Positions 58,786-64,000 of a DNA stretch of 64,000 bases are shown in pieces. A model generated the notes under the pieces. That model did not search any database, was not told where the DNA came from, and saw only the letters and a list, made by a program, of their open reading frames with translations. The stretch's first letter is position 1. Each line of letters opens with the position of its first letter. The DNA is taken from positions 160,001 through 224,000 of the forward strand of contig JBFWNW010000001.1 of the NCBI GenBank assembly GCA_050250855.1, in the 5' to 3' direction. The translations under genes were made by a program, and so were the position numbers. The DNA is from Candidatus Babeliales bacterium. Lineage in GTDB: Bacteria; Babelota; Babeliae; Babelales; JACPOV01.

Positions 58786-60366
58786 CTATGTTTTTTTATT
58801 TAAAAATAATAATCCTAGTGTAGTAGTAGCAATACCGCTTAATATGCATCCGAGTGCCAGCAATAATGATGATTGCTGGATGAAGAGTCCTGCCAAAAGA
58901 TATGCAAGAATAGTGCCGCATACGCCGGGAAGAGCATATGGTAATTGTGTCCATGCATGATCATCTAGATATGCTCCTGCGCTGGTGGCAGACATGACGG
59001 TAGTTGTTCCAATTGGTGAAATATGATCACCGGCTACAGCTCCAGAAAAAATACTACCAAGTATTGGCAGTAGTAATGGAACTGAGCTAAGAGCTGTTGG
59101 TTGACTAAGACCAAAGAATGTAGCAGTCATGGGAACAGCAAGAGGAACCATAACAGCAATAGTACCCCATGAGGAACCAGTTGCAATAGCCGTTAAAAGT
59201 GATGTTACAAAAAACATAGCAGGCAAAAGCCATGCTGGTAATGCACCAATTAAAAGATGTGCTAAATATTGGCCCGTTTGTAAATCATTTTTAAGGATGC
59301 TGCTAAAAGTCCATGCAAAAAATAAAATTTGTATGGAACCAACCATAAGGTCTAAGCCTTCTTGTGTGATTGGTTTTAAATCTTTTAAAACTATTTTTTT
59401 ACGGAGCATCATAAGAAGCATGCTTGCGATAAATGCTAATACGCTACCAACAAAGAATGCGTAGAAAATATCAGCTTTTTTAAGTGTTTCAAAAAAGCTA
59501 TTAGTTCCACCAAAAAGTGTTGAGTTGCCAGAATATAAGAAGGCAAAAAATGAACCGATAACAAGACTTGCAAGAGGGAAGATAAAATCAAGTAATGCTC
59601 CCTTGCCAGTAAGTTCTTTCGTTGTTGTTTTTAATGGAGTTTTTCCACCAAAAAGATTACCTGTTTCCTGCGCTATTTTTTCATGTTGAGCCATGAGGCC
59701 AAATGAAATGTGATGCTTTACAATGAACCATACACTAAACAAAGTAATAAACGAATAAAATATAAAGGGAATAATATGCAGATAAGCAACGAAAGGGTCT
59801 GCTATAAACAAAGGACTATCGTGCATATTTGTTGAAATTCCCGATTTATCCAGCTGCATTAAAAGCATTGCTATCCATGTTGAAATAGGCATTATAATAA
59901 CAAGAGGTGCTGCAAGTGAATCGATTAAAAATGCAAGTTTTGCGCGAGGTATTTTATAGCCATCAGTAAGAGGTCTCATAATGCAACCGACAGTCAGGCA
60001 GCTAAAAAAATCATCAAACATAAAGAGTATTGAAAGTATGATTGATGAAAACTTTGCAGAACGTGCATTTTTTAAAATATTTTTAATAATGTCACCATAG
60101 GCAGCTGTTCCACCAGCAGAACTCATAAGACTGATGAGCATGCCGAGTACAATAAGAAAAGCAAAGGTGTAAAGATTTGAAGCATCATAAAGTTGTTCCC
60201 AAAAATTTTTTGCCAAAAAGGTTACCGTGTTTATAACATTAAAGTTCTTTACAATAAGGGCAGATGAGACGATACCCAAAAAGAGTGATGGCAGTACGCG
60301 GTGCGTAATAATGGCGCATATAAGTACAAGAACTGGAGGAATAAGAACTGCCCAGGTGTTTAGCAT
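58786..60366 (-). CDS. NhaC-family Na+/H+ antiporter-like transporter
   Basis: FDDFF...VG, RAKLAFLIDS.AAP, TGSSWGT, GAVAGDHISPI. Confidence 0.88.
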   Translation of the reverse strand: MLNTWAVLIPPVLVLICAIITHRVLPSLFLGIVSSALIVKNFNVINTVTFLAKNFWEQLYDASNLYTFAFLIVLGMLISLMSSAGGTAAYGDIIKNILKNARSAKFSSIILSILFMFDDFFSCLTVGCIMRPLTDGYKIPRAKLAFLIDSLAAPLVIIMPISTWIAMLLMQLDKSGISTNMHDSPLFIADPFVAYLHIIPFIFYSFITLFSVWFIVKHHISFGLMAQHEKIAQETGNLFGGKTPLKTTTKELTGKGALLDFIFPLASLVIGSFFAFLYSGNSTLFGGTNSFFETLKKADIFYAFFVGSVLAFIASMLLMMLRKKIVLKDLKPITQEGLDLMVGSIQILFFAWTFSSILKNDLQTGQYLAHLLIGALPAWLLPAMFFVTSLLTAIATGSSWGTIAVMVPLAVPMTATFFGLSQPTALSSVPLLLPILGSIFSGAVAGDHISPIGTTTVMSATSAGAYLDDHAWTQLPYALPGVCGTILAYLLAGLFIQQSSLLLALGCILSGIATTTLGLLFLNKKT

Positions 60367-60571
60367 AAAAGCCCTTTTAAATTAAGTTTTTCTTTTATTG
60401 TAGCAAAATAACCCTAGAGACAGAAGTATTTTTGTATTTTTCCTGGCCAAGAAAGCAGGTTGTTTATTTGACCAAGGCATAAAATTGGGCTAATATAGGG
60501 CTATATTCGTTCGTTTTTAAGATCGTAAAATTTCATAGGTATTTCGTTGACCTTAAACAAGGGCATAAAGA

Positions 60572-60994
60572 ATGGATTTCAATAAAGCTTTTTTTCTTAA
60601 AAAAGAGGATCGCAAACCTCGTTGGATTGTGATCGATGCAAAAGGTAAAATTTTGGGTCGTATGGCTACAAAAATAGCCGACATATTGCGTGGCAAGGAT
60701 AAACCAACCTATACGCCTAATCAAGATGGTGGCGATTATGTGATTGTTATCAATGCTAAAGAGGTTAAGTTTACTGGTGATAAGCTAGAAGGTAAAATCT
60801 ACGACCGTTACACTGGCTGGATGGGTGGCTACAAAACAATTACAGCAGGTAAATTGTTAGAAAAGAACCCTGAACAAGTCGTTGAGCTAGCAGTAAAGCG
60901 CATGTTACCAAAGAGCAAGCTTGGCCGAGCAGTATTCAAAAAGCTTAAGGTTTATCCTACAGCAGAACATCCTCATCGAGCACAAGTTGCGTAA
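60572..60994 (+). CDS. rplM: 50S ribosomal protein L13
   Basis: WIVIDA, LGRMA, LRGKDKPTYTP, GDYVIVINA, MLPK, HPH.AQ. Confidence 0.97.
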   Translation: MDFNKAFFLKKEDRKPRWIVIDAKGKILGRMATKIADILRGKDKPTYTPNQDGGDYVIVINAKEVKFTGDKLEGKIYDRYTGWMGGYKTITAGKLLEKNPEQVVELAVKRMLPKSKLGRAVFKKLKVYPTAEHPHRAQVA

Positions 60995-61010
60995 CTCAAA
61001 TTAAGAGTTC

Positions 61011-61049
61011 AAAAAATATAAGGCGCGGGAAATTTCCCGTGCCTTTTTT
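61011..61049. terminator. Bidirectional intrinsic terminator between rplM and rseP
   Basis: AAGGCGCGGGAA / TTCCCGTGCCTT stem with T tract after and A tract before. Confidence 0.8.
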
Positions 61050-61074
61050 GTTATCTAAATATTCTTTACAAAGC

Positions 61075-62166
61075 TTAACAAAAGAGTCTAAAAATATCTT
61101 TAACCGTTAAAAACAATGCTAATCCCATAACAGCTATCCAACAGGCATAGTGGATGTATAGCTTAACCTGTTCTGGTAATGGTCTTCGAATAAGTGCTTC
61201 GATAGTATAAAAAAGAGCTTGTCCACCATCCATGATAGGAACAGGGATAATATTAAGAACTGCTAGGTTAATACTGATATAAGCGAGCAATAATAAGAAG
61301 ATCTTAAACCCTTTGGAAGCGCTTTTTATGGTTTGAGAAATGACCATGATAGGACCGCCAAGGTTTTTTGTGTCCTTTTTAACAAACATGTTTTTAAAGA
61401 CGAGAATCGTTTGCCAAATAATCTCATGAGTTCCTTGTACGCCAAGTTTTATCGATTCGGCTAGGCCATACTGGGGAATAATAAAATCGAGCCCTAGATA
61501 CCCTTCTTTTTCTCCATTAGGCAAGGTTCTTTCGCCGATAGTTACGGGTAATGTTTGTTCTTGATCATCATGAAGGATTGTTAGAATTACTTGTTGGCCG
61601 GGTTTTTTTCGGATAGTATTAAGAAGCTCTAAAGTATTATTGCTTACGCTGAGTCCATCTATTTTTAAAATAGCATCGGAAGATTGCAATCCAGCTTGCT
61701 GAGCGGGAGAGCCAGCTTCAACCATGCTTACTTGAGTACTTGCGTTGCCAGGGTACAAAGGTGGAAGCTTTGGCATACCAAAAAAATAAAGGGAGGAAAT
61801 GGCTACGTAAGCAAAGAGTACATTGAAAACAATGCCGCCAGCAATGACGAGCATTTTTTGATAATAAGGTTTTTGAGTAAAAGAGTATGTATTACCTGCT
61901 TCGTCTTGGTTTTCTCCCTGCCCTTGGATTTCAACGTAGCCACCCAAAGGTAATGCAGAGAGGGTAAAATTGGTTTGACCGATTTTTTTACTGAAGATTT
62001 TGGGTCCCATTCCTATAGAAAAGGTAGGGGTAGCTATTTTGAATAGTTTACAAAAAATAAAATGGCCGAATTCATGAAATCCTATCAAGAATCCTATACC
62101 TGCTATTCCCAGGAAAATATAAAATCCTTGAGCTACGAGGTTTACGACCAAAGAAATAAGTGCCAT
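61075..62166 (-). CDS. rseP: Site-2 protease RseP (M50) with PDZ domain
   Basis: HEFGH, FSIGMG, LPLGGYV, AGG..FN, PDZ (GSPAQQAGL), NIIPVPIMDGG. Confidence 0.93.
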   Translation of the reverse strand: MALISLVVNLVAQGFYIFLGIAGIGFLIGFHEFGHFIFCKLFKIATPTFSIGMGPKIFSKKIGQTNFTLSALPLGGYVEIQGQGENQDEAGNTYSFTQKPYYQKMLVIAGGIVFNVLFAYVAISSLYFFGMPKLPPLYPGNASTQVSMVEAGSPAQQAGLQSSDAILKIDGLSVSNNTLELLNTIRKKPGQQVILTILHDDQEQTLPVTIGERTLPNGEKEGYLGLDFIIPQYGLAESIKLGVQGTHEIIWQTILVFKNMFVKKDTKNLGGPIMVISQTIKSASKGFKIFLLLLAYISINLAVLNIIPVPIMDGGQALFYTIEALIRRPLPEQVKLYIHYACWIAVMGLALFLTVKDIFRLFC

Positions 62167-62448
62167 AGATGTCTCCCTGCCTGATGGCCATTGAACTGTT
62201 TTTACTCTGAATTTTTATAACATTAGCATGGATCTTTTCTTGCGTCTATGTAAAAAACTTATTTTTTATACTATTAAGTGCGGTTTAGCTTGAAAAAGTT
62301 GCTAAAAAGATTAAACTACTATTAAACCCTTAAAATTTTCAAAGGTTTTCATTTTTTTATTAGAAATAAAGGAAATTAAGGCACAGGTTTGAAGTGTCTT
62401 AATTTGGGTTTTTCGTTTAACGATATAACTATTTAGGAATTATTGATT

Positions 62449-62823
62449 ATGCCTACAACTAATCAGCTCTCTCGTAAGGCCCGTACAAAGGTTACTTACA
62501 AGTCAAAAAGTGCAGCCCTTAAGGGTGCGCCACAGGCTCGTGGTGTATGTACTCGTGTTTTTACTACTACACCTAAAAAGCCAAACTCAGCTCTTCGTAA
62601 GGTTGCGCGTGTAAAACTTTCAACAGGCTACGAAGTCACAGCGTATATTCCTGGTGAAGGACATAATTTGCAGGAGCACTCTGTTGTTCTTGTTCGTGGT
62701 GGTAGAGTTCCTGATTTGCCAGGTGTAAAATATCATATAGTTCGCGGAACACTTGACTGTGCTGGTGTTCAAAATAGAAGACAGGCTCGTTCACTCTATG
62801 GGGCTAAGCGTCCTAAGTCCTAA
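62449..62823 (+). CDS. rpsL: 30S ribosomal protein S12
   Basis: [28 protein letters not shown]. Confidence 0.98.
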   Translation: MPTTNQLSRKARTKVTYKSKSAALKGAPQARGVCTRVFTTTPKKPNSALRKVARVKLSTGYEVTAYIPGEGHNLQEHSVVLVRGGRVPDLPGVKYHIVRGTLDCAGVQNRRQARSLYGAKRPKS

Positions 62824-62845
62824 ATATTAACGGAAGGTACAATTA

Positions 62846-63328
62846 ATGGCACGACGCAAAAAAGTTGCGACATATCGACGCACAATTGGAGGCGATGAGC
62901 GCTATGGTTCAGAGCTCATTCAAAAATTTATTAATGTAGTTATGTGGCGAGGAAAGAAAAGCGTTGCACGTACAATAGTTTACGATGCAATAGATCAATT
63001 GATAAAAAAAGCTGGCGACAAGGATAAAGGATTAAAGCTCTTTCAAGAGGCTTTTAATCAAGTAGTTCCCGCTGTTGAAGTTCGTCCTCGTCGTGTTGGT
63101 GGTAGTGTTTATCAAATTCCTATGGAAGTTGAATCTAACAGAGCACAATCTTTAGCAATGCGTTGGCTTATTCAAGCTGCGTCATCTCGTTCAGATAAAA
63201 CGATGGGTGTTCGCTTGGCTTATGAATTGCTTGATGCGCGTGAAGGCCGTGGAAGTGCTGTTAAGAAAAAAATTGATGTACATAAAATGGCAGAAGCAAA
63301 CCGTGCCTTCTCTCATTATGCGTGGTAG
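62846..63328 (+). CDS. rpsG: 30S ribosomal protein S7
   Basis: GKKS.A, RRVGGSVYQIP, HKMAEANRAFSHY. Confidence 0.98.
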   Translation: MARRKKVATYRRTIGGDERYGSELIQKFINVVMWRGKKSVARTIVYDAIDQLIKKAGDKDKGLKLFQEAFNQVVPAVEVRPRRVGGSVYQIPMEVESNRAQSLAMRWLIQAASSRSDKTMGVRLAYELLDAREGRGSAVKKKIDVHKMAEANRAFSHYAW

Positions 63329-63350
63329 TCGAATTTCAAAGGTGTATTAA

Positions 63351-64000
63351 ATGAGTAAAAAATTATCTCATTATAGAAATATAGGTATAGCCGCTCATAT
63401 TGATGCTGGTAAAACGACAGTTACTGAGCGTATTTTGTTTTATACTGGTGTTAGCCACAAAATTGGTGAAGTTCATGAGGGCGAAGCTGTCATGGACTGG
63501 ATGGAGCAAGAACGTGAACGTGGTATTACCATTACTTCTGCCGCTACAACGTGTTCGTGGAAAGATTATAATATTAACATTATCGATACGCCGGGCCACG
63601 TTGACTTTACTATAGAAGTAGGGCGATCGCTGCGTGTTTTAGACGGCATGATCGGCGTGTTTTGTGGTGTTGCTGGTGTTCAACCACAATCGGAAACGGT
63701 GTGGCGCCAAGCAAATCGCTACAAGGTCCCACGTATCATTTTTGTAAATAAGCTTGATCGTATAGGTGCTGATTTTGCACGAGTTGTTGATGATGTTAAC
63801 AATAAGCTTGGTGTAAATGCTATACCAATGCAAATTCAGGTTGGAAAATCTGATGAATTTAGCGGCATCATTGATGTTTTGACAAAAAAGATGGCGACTT
63901 TTAGTGATGATCAAGGCATTACTATTACCTGGCAAGATGTTCCAGCTGAATATGTTGGTCAGGTTGAAAAGCTTTACCTTAGAATTCTTGAAGCTGCCTG
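63351..64000 (+). CDS. fusA: Elongation factor G, 3' truncated by window edge
   Basis: Manual translation [33 protein letters not shown]...[13 protein letters not shown]...DTPGHVDF. Confidence 0.98.
   Translation, partial: MSKKLSHYRNIGIAAHIDAGKTTVTERILFYTGVSHKIGEVHEGEAVMDWMEQERERGITITSAATTCSWKDYNINIIDTPGHVDFTIEVGRSLRVLDGMIGVFCGVAGVQPQSETVWRQANRYKVPRIIFVNKLDRIGADFARVVDDVNNKLGVNAIPMQIQVGKSDEFSGIIDVLTKKMATFSDDQGITITWQDVPAEYVGQVEKLYLRILEAA

Overview
AT-rich bacterial chromosome segment using the standard genetic code. It is dominated by housekeeping genes: a tRNA cluster followed by rpmG-secE-nusG-rplKAJL-rpoBC, rpsO-pnp-rph, ffh-rpsP-khpA-trmD-rplS, rplM, and rpsL-rpsG-fusA. It also carries DNA repair genes (Ku, radA, uvrD/pcrA, recR, two photolyases), cell-wall genes (murA, murC, glmM) and many orphan signal-peptide or ankyrin proteins. 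Gene style and content suggest a host-associated bacterium such as Candidatus Dependentiae/Babelota (TM6); this is an inference. No CRISPR array, prophage, transposase or rRNA was seen. The most notable observations are: (1) an intergenic REP-like palindromic element family at three loci, with compensatory stem changes and a second palindrome nested inside one copy; (2) a cdaA-cdaR-glmM-DUF502-NlpC/P60-EEP-ankyrin gene run in which both the DAC-like and the NlpC/P60-like proteins appear to lack their catalytic residues; (3) a 12-bp leader hairpin that would hide the RBS of a large, internally duplicated CPBP protease; (4) a Cys-rich insertion in RpoB; (5) tandem CPD and FeS-less (6-4)-type photolyases; (6) effector-like secreted proteins with a shared [A/G]ME motif after the signal peptide, plus an ankyrin/F-box-like protein; (7) broken conserved operons (orphan atpG; no tuf, rimM or rpsI at their usual positions) and a Lys-to-Pro change at an S12 streptomycin site.
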